64,000 bases of DNA from Candidatus Hydrogenedentota bacterium (GTDB lineage Bacteria > Hydrogenedentota > Hydrogenedentia > Hydrogenedentales > JAEUWI01). The translations under genes were made by a program, and so were the position numbers. Location: the NCBI GenBank assembly GCA_034669905.1, contig JAXMOL010000011.1, positions 32,001 to 96,000 on the forward strand. The letters run 5' to 3'. The notes under the pieces are model-generated. The model was not told the origin of the DNA. It did not search any database and saw only the letters and a list, made by a program, of their open reading frames with translations. How positions within the stretch are numbered: the stretch's first letter is position 1; the number at the start of each line of letters is the position of its first letter. Below are positions 29,357 to 38,926 of the stretch, in pieces.

Positions 29357-30247
29357 TCAGCCCGATTCTTCTATCTTCTTAAAGCGTCGTTTCAGGTCTT
29401 TTGCCAGGGCCTCCGCTGCCTGGTCCCGATCGTAGTCTCGGTAGAGCCGGGTCAAATGGAGTGCCGCGCCACGGGCCAGCGCGATGGCGACGTCTTTCTC
29501 CAGGGATTCCGGAAGCTCCAGGGTACCGTCAAGCACCGAATAGTAGAGGGCCTCCGCCTCGGCGCCGCGGCCTGCCCGCTCCTCCAGTTGTCCTCGTAAG
29601 ACCTGCAAGCGGAATTGGGTCTCGCTGCTGAGCTGCTCGGCATCAAAGCCTTCTTCCAGGGCCTGCCGTGCCTCATCGTTCCTGCCGCCCTGCATCAGCA
29701 CCTGCACCGATTTTAATAAGACACTCTGCTCCATCTCCGGGTCACTGGACAGGGCCCGGGCTTCGGCGAATGCTTCCGCAGCTTTATCGTAGTCGGGGGG
29801 ATCCAGCTGCACATAGAGCTGGCCCATGGCCTCATGGATATAGGCGGCTTGCTGGGGGTCGTGGGGCAGGCTGAGGGCCGAAGTCAAGGAACGGATACCA
29901 GCTTCAGGCGAGACCCCGTTGAGGGCCTGTTGGGCCCGGTCATGGGCGGGACCGGAGCGATTGGGGTCTTTGCTGGCGGAAGAGGAAAGGGATTTCACGG
30001 TAAGGGGCGAATCGTCTTCCATTTCGCTGGCTTTACGGGCAATCGCCGCCTCGGGCCCCTTGGTTTCTTTCCGCGCACTGCTCGTGAGCGCAATGGCATT
30101 CTTTCGGGTCGTGCCCGGCTTGGCCTTGAAACGCTGCCCTTTATCGATGGCGGCCGGGTTGGCCAGCCCCCCACCAAAATACACCGCCACGGCCGTAAAC
30201 AGAATGATGCCCGCCACCACGCCAATAACAATTAAGAGCTGTTTCAT
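29357..30247 (-). CDS. Membrane-anchored TPR-like protein
   Basis: N-terminal TM segment and helical repeats. Confidence 0.7.
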   Translation of the reverse strand: MKQLLIVIGVVAGIILFTAVAVYFGGGLANPAAIDKGQRFKAKPGTTRKNAIALTSSARKETKGPEAAIARKASEMEDDSPLTVKSLSSSASKDPNRSGPAHDRAQQALNGVSPEAGIRSLTSALSLPHDPQQAAYIHEAMGQLYVQLDPPDYDKAAEAFAEARALSSDPEMEQSVLLKSVQVLMQGGRNDEARQALEEGFDAEQLSSETQFRLQVLRGQLEERAGRGAEAEALYYSVLDGTLELPESLEKDVAIALARGAALHLTRLYRDYDRDQAAEALAKDLKRRFKKIEESG

Positions 30248-30264
30248 CCCGGGGAATCTCCCAG

Positions 30265-31194
30265 TCAGGGTGCGGCGAGGGAGGTTTCTTCTACTTTCGG
30301 CGTCTCCCGACGCAATTCAATGGACTCATCGGGCTCCGAACCTTCCAGGGTCAACGGCGGTGCCGCTTCGTCGTCCATCTTTTCCTGGGGAGACGGCGTC
30401 GGGGCATCACCCTCTTCCAGGGCGCGCACGGTAATGTAATTTCGCACTTCCCGGACGCCCTGAATGCTGCGGGCAATCTGGGCCGCGACGCTCTGCTTCT
30501 CCACCGAGTTCACCGAGCCGGTAAGAATGCAGATACCGTCATCCACTTCCACATCCAATTCCCGGGTGCTGAGATGCCGGTTAAGCAGGAAGGCGGTTTC
30601 CACCCGGGACTCGAGCCACTCATCAGAAAACTGACGGCCCACGCCCAACAGGGGATCGGAAGCATCTTTCGGGCGTACCTGCAGGTTGTTCACCACTTCG
30701 GCGACACCGGCCGTCTCACGGGCAATCTCGCTGATCTTGGAGGCGTGTTCCTCGGAAGGCACGACCCCATACAGGGTCACCACCCCGTTGATCGTGCTGA
30801 TGCCCACCTTCAGCCCCTTGAACTGCCCATTGTAGAGCAACCGGGCCTTCACTGCGGCGGAAGTGGAACGGTCGGCAACCCGCTGTCGCCAGGTGCGCCG
30901 CTCCTTCTCCCCCACCACCGTGTTGATGACGGTCAGCTCGTTATCCACGAAGCGCACGCCCTTTACACTGAGGGCCAGATCTTCGGCAAGTTCTTTCTGC
31001 ACCTCATCGTCGACCGTACCCGTGATGACGACGTTGCCGTTCCGGGTGGTGGTGTTGATGTTAAAGGGGTTCAAATGCTGATTAAGCAAATACAGCGTTT
31101 CGATACGTGCAGTGACCGCGCTGTCTTCCACATCGGTCGCCACCTGCTCTACAGGGGCGCTCAGCATGGAAGCGACCAAAAGTAGGGCTACCAT
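30265..31194 (-). CDS. BON-domain (OsmY-like) protein, three BON repeats
   Basis: Three repeats of D..(V/T/L)...(I/V)...L...G.V(V/T/I)L.G.V...A..IA....GV..V.N; signal peptide. Confidence 0.9.
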   Translation of the reverse strand: MVALLLVASMLSAPVEQVATDVEDSAVTARIETLYLLNQHLNPFNINTTTRNGNVVITGTVDDEVQKELAEDLALSVKGVRFVDNELTVINTVVGEKERRTWRQRVADRSTSAAVKARLLYNGQFKGLKVGISTINGVVTLYGVVPSEEHASKISEIARETAGVAEVVNNLQVRPKDASDPLLGVGRQFSDEWLESRVETAFLLNRHLSTRELDVEVDDGICILTGSVNSVEKQSVAAQIARSIQGVREVRNYITVRALEEGDAPTPSPQEKMDDEAAPPLTLEGSEPDESIELRRETPKVEETSLAAP

Positions 31195-31492
31195 AAGCTA
31201 CGTTTTCCTTGATACTGTGCCAGACGGCTGCTGGCTCGGACAAAGCCACGCTGGCTTGTCACGACATCGCCGGTTACCTTGCTACCGCCTAACTCACGGC
31301 AAGCTAACACCTTGCATCTACATTATAGGCCAGTTGAGGTCGTCTTACAACTTGACGAATTCGTTCACCGATTATTCACCGTGACGTTAATACCCCGAAG
31401 GGCCCCGTGGGTTCCCTTCCCGGGAACACGGGGCATACCACGCCATAACGGCGCCGTCCAATAGCCAGCAACCCCCTGATAGGAAACAGGTT

Positions 31493-32176
31493 GTGAAATT
31501 GAATCACATCGTCCCCTGGGGGCGCTCCTATGACGAGTATCTCGCCATGTTTTCCCTGAAGCCCGACGAGCTCCGCGGACGCCTGCTGGGATGCGGGGAT
31601 GGGCCCGCAGCGTTTAACGCCACCGTGACCGCCAGCGGGGGCAACGTCGTCTCGGTCGACCCCCTTTATCGGTGGACGCGGGGCCAGATCGCCACGCGGA
31701 TTCAGGAAACGGCACCTATTCTCCTGCAGCAGGTGGTGGCCTGCCGGGACCAGTTCGAATGGGACCAGATTCCCTCGCCCGAGGCGCTGCGGGATACCCG
31801 CCTGGCGGCGATGGATGTATTCTTGTCGGACTACGAAGCAGGTCGCCGAGCACTCCGCTACGTCACGGCCTCCCTCCCACACCTGCCGTTTCCCCCGGGG
31901 CACTTTGAGCGGGTGCTCTGCTCCCATCTGCTCTTCACCTACTCCGGGCACCTCGACTTGGCATTTCACCTGGCCGCCCTGCGCGCCATGGTCAGGGCGG
32001 GCCGGGAACTCCGCGTCTACCCCCTCGTCACGCTGGAGGGTGAACCCTCCCCCCACCTGGAGCCAGCACGGCGGGCCCTGGCAATCGACGGATTCGAGAG
32101 CGAGCTGTGTCCGGTGACCTATCGCTTCCAACGGGGCGCTACCCATATGTTACGTGTTGTCCCGGCCCATCCATGA
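31493..32176 (+). CDS. SAM-dependent methyltransferase
   Basis: LLGCGDGPAAFN, VSVDPLY, LPFPPGHFERVLCSHLLF. Confidence 0.8.
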   Translation: MKLNHIVPWGRSYDEYLAMFSLKPDELRGRLLGCGDGPAAFNATVTASGGNVVSVDPLYRWTRGQIATRIQETAPILLQQVVACRDQFEWDQIPSPEALRDTRLAAMDVFLSDYEAGRRALRYVTASLPHLPFPPGHFERVLCSHLLFTYSGHLDLAFHLAALRAMVRAGRELRVYPLVTLEGEPSPHLEPARRALAIDGFESELCPVTYRFQRGATHMLRVVPAHP

Positions 32177-32246
32177 CGTGCGTTGACCCCGACCTGCGCC
32201 TCGGTTATATTCGGAACCAGCAGTTCACACCACGGAGAGCATCATC

Positions 32247-32945
32247 ATGAAACAGGTTGTTCGCGTCGTCTTCACGTTGGGTGGGCTCCTCGCCCTTGCG
32301 GGGGTAGCGTATTGGTTCAGCCGACCGGCACTACCCGTCCCCGTGGGCGCTCCGACCCCCGCCCCGACGGGAGCCGGATGGATCAATCTGCTGGATGAAG
32401 CCCATCGCGGCGCCTGGCGCAATATCACGGACGATCGGGAGATCTTCGCACTGGAAGACGACCAACTCCACATCTTTGGCCACACCGTGTACCCCCTCCG
32501 CTATGTGGGCTATGAAACGGAGCGCTTCGGCGACTTTGAGCTGCATGTAGAGTTTAAGGTCGCCCCCGGTGCCAACAGCGGTATCTTTCTGCGGGCCCAG
32601 GCCAATGATCCGGTTTACCGCGGCTTTGAAGTACAGGTCCTGGATGACCACGGTAAGGCACCCAACAAGAATGGCTCGGGGGCCATCTACGATGTGGTCT
32701 CCCCCATGTACAATATGGCCCTGCCCGCCGGGGAATGGAACAGCTATGACATCACCGTGGTGGGCGGAGAAGTCATCGTTTTCATGAACGGCTGGCGTGT
32801 CGTCCATGCCAACCTCGACCAAATGACCATGCCCATCGGCAAATACAAGGCCCCCTTTGCAGAACTTCCCCGCGATGGGCTCCTGCTTTTTCAGGACCAC
32901 GGCGGGGAAGTCTGGTATCGCAATGTGTGGCTTAAGAAACCCTGA
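32247..32945 (+). CDS. DUF1080 (3-keto-disaccharide hydrolase-like) protein
   Basis: ANSGIFLR, FEVQVLD, GEWNSYDI and FQDHG..VWYRN. Confidence 0.9.
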   Translation: MKQVVRVVFTLGGLLALAGVAYWFSRPALPVPVGAPTPAPTGAGWINLLDEAHRGAWRNITDDREIFALEDDQLHIFGHTVYPLRYVGYETERFGDFELHVEFKVAPGANSGIFLRAQANDPVYRGFEVQVLDDHGKAPNKNGSGAIYDVVSPMYNMALPAGEWNSYDITVVGGEVIVFMNGWRVVHANLDQMTMPIGKYKAPFAELPRDGLLLFQDHGGEVWYRNVWLKKP

Positions 32946-33109
32946 ACAGGCGAAGATTCATCTCGGACATTTTCCAAGTCATTCGGTTGCCATCTTAACG
33001 ATTTGGGGCTTGGGAGTGCAGGCGCTTGCGTACGCCGTCGTAACGAATGAAATGGAATTGAGTGAGGTCTACCTCCGCTCATGTAGCCCGGTTGGGCAGA
33101 GCGGCCTGC

Positions 33110-33883
33110 TCAGCCTTCCTGCAGCTTCCGCTCGAGCAACTGATTGAGTTCCTTGCTGAGGGCCGCAATCCGGGCATCCAGCGATTCATTGTCCACGTCT
33201 TTCTTTTTTTCGCTTTCGTGCACTTCCTGGTAGTTATTGAGGACGGCCCCCACCACCAGGTTGATAAGCAGGAAGGTACCGATCATGATCCAGGACACAT
33301 GGTAGGTGGTCACCACCCAGTAGTTCCGATGGGGCAGGCCGTCGTAGCGCAGGTCGGTCCAGTCTTCGCAGGTGAGCGAGCGAAAGAGGGAAAAGAAGGC
33401 TTCGTGGAGCGTGCCATATTCGCTGGGCTGCCCTTCCCCGAAGAGTTCCACGCCCATGACGGCGTAGATATAGAAGCAGATGGTCATGAGCAAGGCGATG
33501 TAGACCATGGAAGACAGGGACTTGATGAGGACGGAGACGATCAGCCGAAGCTCATCGAGGCCATCCACCAGGCGCAGCACCCGGAATACCCGGAGCACCC
33601 GTAGCAGGGTTGCGATGGTGGAGATGTTGGGCACGAATGCCGAACCGACGACGATGATATCGAAGATGTTCCAGCCATTGCTGAAAAAGGTCTTCAGGTT
33701 TTCGCGGGCGTAGAACTTGAGCGCCAACTCGACGACGAAGACCCAGATACAGACCCACTCCAGCAAACGGATAACGGGCGATTCCACGTAGGTCGACAAT
33801 CCAATCAGGAAGGCATTGAATATGATTACGCCGAGAATGATACGACCGAAAAGGGTGCTGTTAATAAACTTCTTGGGATGCAT
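33110..33883 (-). CDS. Voltage-gated cation channel, BacNav family (6TM)
   Basis: WNIFDIIVV (S3), LRVLRVFRVLRL (S4 with 4 Arg), pore filter TCEDWTD, S6 LINLVVGAVL and a C-terminal coiled coil. Start MHPKKF with a CAGGAG RBS. Confidence 0.93.
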   Translation of the reverse strand: MHPKKFINSTLFGRIILGVIIFNAFLIGLSTYVESPVIRLLEWVCIWVFVVELALKFYARENLKTFFSNGWNIFDIIVVGSAFVPNISTIATLLRVLRVFRVLRLVDGLDELRLIVSVLIKSLSSMVYIALLMTICFYIYAVMGVELFGEGQPSEYGTLHEAFFSLFRSLTCEDWTDLRYDGLPHRNYWVVTTYHVSWIMIGTFLLINLVVGAVLNNYQEVHESEKKKDVDNESLDARIAALSKELNQLLERKLQEG

Positions 33884-33952
33884 GGGGGCAACTACTCCTG
33901 ATTGCTGGAATCCGAAGGCGGGCATTCGCCGACATCCAGCGCGCTGTGGGCA

Positions 33953-36109
33953 TTAAAACACCGAGGTATAGGTAATGTATCCAAAAATGGCGAATGCCAG
34001 CGGGACGAGGGTCACCGCCGACACAAAGTCAAGTTTCAGGGCCATGGCGTCACGTTTCCGAATAACGAGCCAGTTGGCCACAATACTCTCCAGAATAAGC
34101 GTAAAGGTCAGAATATAGGCGCTCATGAAGTACTTGTCTGCGGACACCAGGTAGCCCACGTTGGGCCAGGCCTCCTCCTGGGAAAGGTGGAACACGAGGA
34201 TACTCAGGAGTGCGGTCATCACGAGGGATACCCGGGCGTCGAACTGGCTATTGGGAATCAGGAACATCAGCAGGCTGACCGAAACCATGATGAAGAAGGG
34301 CAGAAACAAGGTTACCAGATAGGGGAAAAGAATCCGCTTGATGATAATGTTGGTCTGGTAGATGGAGAACTCCACGTCACTGTCGCCACCGGTGTAGTTG
34401 GGGTCACCGAAGGTGGAGCTGAGCGCATGGGTTCCGGAATAGTCTTCCCGCCCGACATAGTCCCACTCTTCGGGATAGATCTCGTGGAGGTAGGCGTGGC
34501 TCAAATTCTTGGCGTCGAGCACCAGCATGATCTGGCTGGCATCTTTGCTCTTGTGTGATACCGTGATCGGCAGGTGCTGGGTATCAAAGGGAAATAACCG
34601 AACGTCATAGGGCGTCAGGTAGGTACCTTTAATCTTGTAACAGATGTACTTGATGTCACCGCTTCGGTCTTCCCGAAGCACTTCGGTTTTGTCCTCGATG
34701 CCATATATTCCGTTGAGGAAATCGATGTTTTCCACATCAATATCCCCTTCCCAGCGGAACCACATGAAGAATTCCACGTCGAAATTCTGTCCGGCCACAT
34801 CCACGCTATTGATACGGTAAAAATCGAGGCCGGCATAAACCACACGGGTCAGGTAATAAGGTATCTTGTCGCTCACCACGACTTCGTTTTCGGCAATGCG
34901 GGATTGAAGGTTGTTGAGGACATGGGGCTCGGTAACGCGGCGCAGCTGGGTAAAGGCCGGTTTGAACTGTCCATCGTCGATATAACTCACCACAATGGGC
35001 CGCCGCATCGCCCCGTGCTCGTCAAAGTAGAGTTTCCCCGTAATGCCCGTGAAAGCGTTTGCCGGTCCGTCGTAGGCCAGCAGCCCATTGCGGAGCGCGG
35101 TGCGGTCGGCTCCACTGGCCTCAATGGCCGCGGCGATCATGCGCCCGGCATCGTAGCAGAAGGCCCCCCATACCGTGGGAGCCACCTGGTATTTCTCAAA
35201 GTATTTCGCTTCATACTCCTGGGCGAACTGCTTGGTCATGAGCGAAGAAAGCTCATAGAGGAATGGACTGGACACATAGACCCCGGCCGTATCTTCGCCC
35301 AGGCTGGTGATAAAGTCCTGTTTCGCAAAGGAATCGGGCCCCATGACGGGCATGGTCACGTCGGCCTCACGCAACTGACGGACGAGTTTTCCACCGTCGG
35401 CGGTATGGGAGAAGAGCACCGCGGCATCGGCCGTGCCCCCCTGCGCGGCATCGAGCTGGGTGGCAACGAAGTCGGCTCCGAACTTGTTCTCTTCGCTATA
35501 GGGGATGGTCTGGACAATTTCCATACCCAAGCGACGGGCCTTGCGGCTGAAGCTTTCCAGCAGGCCCGTGCCATAGGCATCGTCAGAATGAATGACCAGG
35601 ACCCGTTTGGTCTTGAGCACGACCTGCAGATAGACCGCGAGGTTCTCCCCTTGAAGATCGTCCTCATAGTTCATACTGAAGGACCATTCGCTGCTCCGGG
35701 TCACCTTGGGATTACTGGCCGAAGGCGAAATGTGGGGCAATTGGTACTGGGCGTAGACTTCACTGGCGGCCAGGGCCACGCCGGAAAACTGGTGCCCGAT
35801 GACTGCGAGTATATTCGGATCTTTGCCGAATTGTCCGGCGATATTCCGCGCCATGTCGGCGTTATTTTGATCGTCCTTAAACACGATTTGGAGGGGACGT
35901 CCCGCGATACCGCCATTCTGGTTGGTGACTTCGACCAGCAATTCGAGGGCGCCACGCATGGCCCGACCCTCACTGGCGTTGCCGCCGGAAAGGGGCAGGG
36001 AGGCACCGAGCAAGACGGGTTCATTGGCCGCAGCAGCCAGTGTGAAGACAATCAGAAGTGCCAGTTGAAACATCGTGCGGCAGATTGGGTGCATCATAGG
36101 GTGGAGCAC
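33953..36109 (-). CDS. Pentameric ligand-gated ion channel (Pro-loop, ELIC/GLIC-like) fused to an N-terminal LivK-type periplasmic binding domain
   Basis: Signal peptide, then a type I PBP domain (LGASLPLSG, FKDDQ, VIGHQFS, ISPSAS, DAYGTG, YDA, GITGKLYFDEHG). Then an ECD with FDVEFFMWFRW and Pro-loop YDVRLFPFDTQ, and four TM helices (M1 PYLVTLFLP, M2 DARVSLVMTALLS, M2-M3 WPNVGYLV). Confidence 0.9.
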   Translation of the reverse strand: MLHPMMHPICRTMFQLALLIVFTLAAAANEPVLLGASLPLSGGNASEGRAMRGALELLVEVTNQNGGIAGRPLQIVFKDDQNNADMARNIAGQFGKDPNILAVIGHQFSGVALAASEVYAQYQLPHISPSASNPKVTRSSEWSFSMNYEDDLQGENLAVYLQVVLKTKRVLVIHSDDAYGTGLLESFSRKARRLGMEIVQTIPYSEENKFGADFVATQLDAAQGGTADAAVLFSHTADGGKLVRQLREADVTMPVMGPDSFAKQDFITSLGEDTAGVYVSSPFLYELSSLMTKQFAQEYEAKYFEKYQVAPTVWGAFCYDAGRMIAAAIEASGADRTALRNGLLAYDGPANAFTGITGKLYFDEHGAMRRPIVVSYIDDGQFKPAFTQLRRVTEPHVLNNLQSRIAENEVVVSDKIPYYLTRVVYAGLDFYRINSVDVAGQNFDVEFFMWFRWEGDIDVENIDFLNGIYGIEDKTEVLREDRSGDIKYICYKIKGTYLTPYDVRLFPFDTQHLPITVSHKSKDASQIMLVLDAKNLSHAYLHEIYPEEWDYVGREDYSGTHALSSTFGDPNYTGGDSDVEFSIYQTNIIIKRILFPYLVTLFLPFFIMVSVSLLMFLIPNSQFDARVSLVMTALLSILVFHLSQEEAWPNVGYLVSADKYFMSAYILTFTLILESIVANWLVIRKRDAMALKLDFVSAVTLVPLAFAIFGYITYTSVF

Positions 36110-36366
36110 GGCAAATTCCCTCGTTGGTCAACTACGCTGAGGCCCGGATAGTCGTTGGTACCGTGTACTGCGCATGGCACCAATCGCTCGCACGCCAGCG
36201 ATTTTTGGGCCGTCTTCCCGACGTCGATGCGGTAGTGTAGCAAATGGCTTGTGAGTACCGGAAACGTTCCGCGTTGCCAATCTCCGGTGACGGTCGTATA
36301 ATGGAGCCCACGTGAGATTTCGACCATCCCTGGTCGCCTGTTCATACAACTACCCAGCGAGTTTTT

Positions 36367-37284
36367 ATGGCATCACCAGATACGATCGACCTGAATTACA
36401 CGGAGCCCCCAGGCTTTCTACCCATCTATCGGCGGCTCCTCTTCGGGAGACGGGCCAGGTATGTGGCCAACAGTGCTTTACCCCACTTTCGGGCCACCTG
36501 GTCAGGCGCGAAGGCCGATGCGGCCAAGGTGGAAGCCTATTGTGCCGCCTGTTCGCTGGAATACGATGGGCACTACCCCATTTTGTATCCCCACATCCTC
36601 ACGTCGGCCATCCATCTCGACATGATGAGCAAGCCGGCCTTTCCCCTCTCCCCCATGGGCGCGGTGCATGCGCGGAATCACATCCTCCAGCATGCCCCCA
36701 TCCCGGTGGATGGGGCCCTGGAAGTGACCTGTGAGCTGACAGCCACCCGGGTCTTGAAGCAGGGCGTGGAATTTGAAGTGACCACCGTGCTGGAAACAGG
36801 AGGCACCCGTTGCTGGGAAAGCATCAGTGCCTACCTCGTGCGCGGAAAGAAATATGGCGAAGCCGGTGAAGCCTCGGAGCGTGCCGAGTTGCCCGAGGTG
36901 GGCGATAGTGCAAAAACCGATAGCTGGCCGGTGCCCAAAGACATGGGTTGGCGCTACGCGAAGATAACGGGGGATTTTAACCCCATTCACGTATCCCGGC
37001 TGCTGGCCCGCTTGATGGGCTTTCAGCGGGACCTGATTCATGGCATGTGGTCGGCCGCCCGTTGTGTGGGCCATGCGCCCGCCGTCGCACCCGCCTACCC
37101 GGTGCAATTGGATCTGGTCTTTAAGGGCCCCGTATATATGGAGAGCACGGCCACGATGAAGGCCACCGGCCAGGATGATGGCACGCTCTTTGAACTTTAC
37201 TGTGATGACAATCCCCGCCCGTGTATTCGCGGGCAGATAAAGCCCATTGCTGCAACGACCCGACTGGTCGCTGACAGCGCGTAA
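36367..37284 (+). CDS. MaoC-like double hot-dog dehydratase
   Basis: YAKITGDFNPIH...IHGMWSAAR. Confidence 0.9.
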   Translation: MASPDTIDLNYTEPPGFLPIYRRLLFGRRARYVANSALPHFRATWSGAKADAAKVEAYCAACSLEYDGHYPILYPHILTSAIHLDMMSKPAFPLSPMGAVHARNHILQHAPIPVDGALEVTCELTATRVLKQGVEFEVTTVLETGGTRCWESISAYLVRGKKYGEAGEASERAELPEVGDSAKTDSWPVPKDMGWRYAKITGDFNPIHVSRLLARLMGFQRDLIHGMWSAARCVGHAPAVAPAYPVQLDLVFKGPVYMESTATMKATGQDDGTLFELYCDDNPRPCIRGQIKPIAATTRLVADSA

Positions 37285-37298
37285 GAAAGGAATACCGA

Positions 37299-37790
37299 AT
37301 GCCCTCCTTTGACGTGGTCAATGAAGTGGACTTGCAGGAAGTCGACAACGCCGTAAACATCACCAAGAAAGTGCTGGCCAACCGCTATGACTTTCGGGGA
37401 TCGGAAACGGAGATTAACCTGGACCGGAAACAGCTCCAGATCACCATCTCCACCGAAGATACCATGCGTATGCAGGCGGTGCAGGACACGCTGGCGACCA
37501 ATCTCATCAAGCGGAAGCTGAGCCCCAAGGCCCTGGAGTATAAGGAGCCCGAAGGCACCTCCAAGGGCGGCGTGCGGGTGGTCGTCGCCCTGAAGCAGGG
37601 TATCGACAAGGAAATGGCCAAGAAGATCACCAAACTCATCAAGGACCAGAAGATGAAGGTCCAGACCCAGATCCAGGATGAGCAGGTGCGTGTGACGGCC
37701 AAGAAGATCGATGACCTGCAGACCGTAATCGCCCTCTTGAAGGAGCAGGAACTCGACATCCCGCTCCAATATGTCAACATGAAGAGCTAG
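37299..37790 (+). CDS. yajQ: YajQ-family nucleotide (c-di-GMP)-binding protein
   Basis: MPSFDVV, NRYDFRG, KQGID, QVRVT.KKIDDLQ; 163 aa. Confidence 0.95.
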   Translation: MPSFDVVNEVDLQEVDNAVNITKKVLANRYDFRGSETEINLDRKQLQITISTEDTMRMQAVQDTLATNLIKRKLSPKALEYKEPEGTSKGGVRVVVALKQGIDKEMAKKITKLIKDQKMKVQTQIQDEQVRVTAKKIDDLQTVIALLKEQELDIPLQYVNMKS

Positions 37791-37795
37791 GAGCC

Positions 37796-38923
37796 ATGAT
37801 GCTACTCCCGACTGTGCGCACTGTGAGTCTGTTGCTCACCCTCTCCGCCGCCACCCTCGTGATGGCTGCGGAAAAGGGGCCCCTCTGGCTTCATCCGGAC
37901 ACCACGCCGTTACCCACCGACAAGCTGGGACCCTTCGTTCGCGCGGCAGACAACGTGCTGATCACGGTGGACAAGGAAGGCGTGCACCGGAGTAGCGACG
38001 AAGGCACGACCTGGCAAAGCGCGCCGCTGGAAGTAGACATCCCCTTTGAGGTGAGCAATGAGCGGGCCCTCATCTACACGTCGGATGGGGTGCTGATACT
38101 GGCGTGTATGAATCTAAAGGAAAAGGTCTGGAAGTGGAACAGCACCCTCCACGATGCAGACCCCGGCACCACCCTGCCCACCTACGCAGTGCGGAGCCTG
38201 GACCAGGGGAAGACCTGGGAGAGCCCCATCAAACTCCATGATGAATGGAGTGGCTGCGTGCGCAACATGATCGAAACGAAGGAGGGCCTCATTGTTTTCA
38301 CGGCCATGCGTCTCCTCACGAAACCAGGCCGGCACTCGGTCTTGACCTATTCTTCGGCCGACGGGGGCGCCAGCTGGAAGCCCAGCAACGTGGTGGATCT
38401 GGGGGGCCAGGGACATCATGGTGGCGCGACGGAAGCGACGGTCATCGAATTGAACGATGGCCGCCTGTGGAAGCTCATCCGCACCAACCTGGGCGTCTTC
38501 TGGCAGGCCTGGTCGGAGGACGGCGTCTACTGGCGCACCCTGGCACCCACTACCATCCCGGCGAGTAGCGCGCCGGGTCAATTGCTGCGCCTGAAGAGCG
38601 GGCGAATGGTCCTGCTCTGGAACCGCCCCTATCCCGAAGGGGAAAACACGTTTCCGCTGAGCGGTGGCGATCGGGAATGGTCGGAGACCCCGGTGAGCAA
38701 CCACCGTTGGGAACTTTCCCTGGCCTTTTCGGAAGACGACGGCCTCACCTGGACCGCGCCCATCGTCATCGCCCGCCAAAGGGAGGTGTGGCTCGCCTAC
38801 CCCTATCTGTTTGAGCAGAAACCCGGCACCCTGTGGCTTACCACCATGCAGGGGCCGGTGCGTGTATCTTTTGAGGAATCCGATTTCTGGAAACTGGCGA
38901 ACGAGACAACGACAGGACATTGA
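37796..38923 (+). CDS. Sialidase-family (BNR repeat) protein
   Basis: Asp-boxes SSDEGTTW, SLDQGKTW, SADGGASW and SEDDGLTW; signal peptide. Confidence 0.88.
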   Translation: MMLLPTVRTVSLLLTLSAATLVMAAEKGPLWLHPDTTPLPTDKLGPFVRAADNVLITVDKEGVHRSSDEGTTWQSAPLEVDIPFEVSNERALIYTSDGVLILACMNLKEKVWKWNSTLHDADPGTTLPTYAVRSLDQGKTWESPIKLHDEWSGCVRNMIETKEGLIVFTAMRLLTKPGRHSVLTYSSADGGASWKPSNVVDLGGQGHHGGATEATVIELNDGRLWKLIRTNLGVFWQAWSEDGVYWRTLAPTTIPASSAPGQLLRLKSGRMVLLWNRPYPEGENTFPLSGGDREWSETPVSNHRWELSLAFSEDDGLTWTAPIVIARQREVWLAYPYLFEQKPGTLWLTTMQGPVRVSFEESDFWKLANETTTGH

Positions 38924-38926
38924 GCG

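Noticed and set aside
31402..31433. GC-rich hairpin upstream of the methyltransferase as a riboswitch
   Set aside because: A single hairpin without recognisable aptamer consensus.
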